64,000 bases of DNA from Longimicrobiales bacterium. Its GTDB lineage: Bacteria; Gemmatimonadota; Gemmatimonadetes; Longimicrobiales; Gaopeijiaceae. The DNA is taken from positions 420,707-484,706 of the forward strand of contig JAWLHJ010000002.1 in the NCBI GenBank assembly GCA_041690395.1. Reading direction: 5' to 3'. The notes under the pieces were generated by a model, which saw only the letters and a list, made by a program, of their open reading frames with translations, was not told the origin of the DNA and ran no database searches. How positions within the stretch are numbered: position 1 is the first letter of the stretch; each line of letters opens with the position of its first letter. A program made the translations under genes and the position numbers. This document shows, piece after piece, positions 63,336-64,000 of the stretch.

Positions 63336-64000
63336 TCAGCCGATTCCTGCCACGTCTGGCTTCAGCACGTCCCTGTCGTGCGTCGTGCGGAGCTCGAGCT
63401 CCGGGATACGCAGCGTGAGGAGGGTCGCCAGCGCGATGATGACCGCGGTGAGCCAGTAGATCCGGAAGGTCGCTGTCGAGAACGCCTCCGCCACGCGGTC
63501 CGCCACGCGGATCGCCACGGCGTTCCCCTCGGCTCGGAGCGCCGCCGCCTCCGTCGGCGTGGACGCGCCCTCGGCGAACACCTCGTACCGTTCGCGGATG
63601 AGAGCCGGTAACGTGGAGCCGCCCGAGGACACGAGCTGCTCGGCGTCCGTCTCCACGCCGTCCAGGAGGCCGGAGGGCAGCTCCAGGGTGGCGAACGAGA
63701 CGCTCAGCGTCGTGACCAGGACCGTTCCCATCACTGCCGCACCCACCGTCGCGCCGATCTGCCGGAAGAACTGTGAAGCGCTCGTCGCCTGGCCGACCAT
63801 GCGGACATCGACCGCGTTCTGGATGGCGAGCGTGAAGAGCGGCATCGACGGACCCGCCCCCAGGCCGCACAGCACCGTGTACAGCGTGACCTCCGCCAGG
63901 CTCACCGAGGCGTCCAGGTTCGAGAGGAGCAGCACCGAGGCCGCGAAGAGGAGGCCTCCCGCGAAGATCTGCCTCCGGTAGCCGATGCGATCGACGTAAC
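63336..64000 (-). CDS. DHA2-type MFS efflux transporter, 3' part (start outside window)
   Basis: GLGAGPSMP...AIQNAV...GQATSASQFFRQIGATVG. Confidence 0.88.
   Translation of the reverse strand, partial: YVDRIGYRRQIFAGGLLFAASVLLLSNLDASVSLAEVTLYTVLCGLGAGPSMPLFTLAIQNAVDVRMVGQATSASQFFRQIGATVGAAVMGTVLVTTLSVSFATLELPSGLLDGVETDAEQLVSSGGSTLPALIRERYEVFAEGASTPTEAAALRAEGNAVAIRVADRVAEAFSTATFRIYWLTAVIIALATLLTLRIPELELRTTHDRDVLKPDVAGIG

Noticed and set aside
1..64000. CRISPR arrays, tRNA/rRNA genes, IS/integrase/prophage or defence islands
   Set aside because: No regularly spaced repeats, cloverleafs, recombinase/transposase motifs or low-GC islands seen by eye.

Overview
A 64-kb, very GC-rich (roughly 70% by eye), gene-dense chromosomal segment from a diderm bacterium (TolC, outer-membrane barrel, lipoproteins). 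Gene content resembles Gemmatimonadota; this is an inference and was not verified. No rRNA, tRNA, CRISPR array, integrase or transposase was seen. Recognisable genes: ba3-type (B-family) oxidase subunit I (5'-truncated) next to TlpA/CcdA, a TetR-TolC-YbhG/F/S/R-type ABC efflux operon, a VOC ring-cleaving dioxygenase plus esterase, an AttEGH-like ABC/lipocalin operon, greA, tyrS-nadB, a YfiT/BstA-type DinB protein, cyanophycinase with an SSS symporter, menF-D-B-A-E, a PAS/HisKA_3-NarL two-component system facing USP and CBS genes, and a partial MFS exporter. Most interesting uncharacterised elements: (1) two tandem paralogous copies of an exported three-gene system (di-heme DUF1592-type protein, Tat-exported HxxSHH/DUF1552 protein, ankyrin protein with C-terminal CxxC) that share an upstream motif; (2) a stand-alone ~300-nt transcription unit (promoter, structured leader, 14-nt perfect complement of the 16S rRNA 3' end, 20-codon ORF, terminator) that is absent from the ORF track; (3) a degenerate BY-kinase/MinD-like, TM, SPOR fusion; (4) an FmdB-type zinc-ribbon gene apparently starting at ATA. 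All family names come from motif recognition by eye, with no database search. Many starts were adjusted from the ORF track using RBS and stop/start overlaps.
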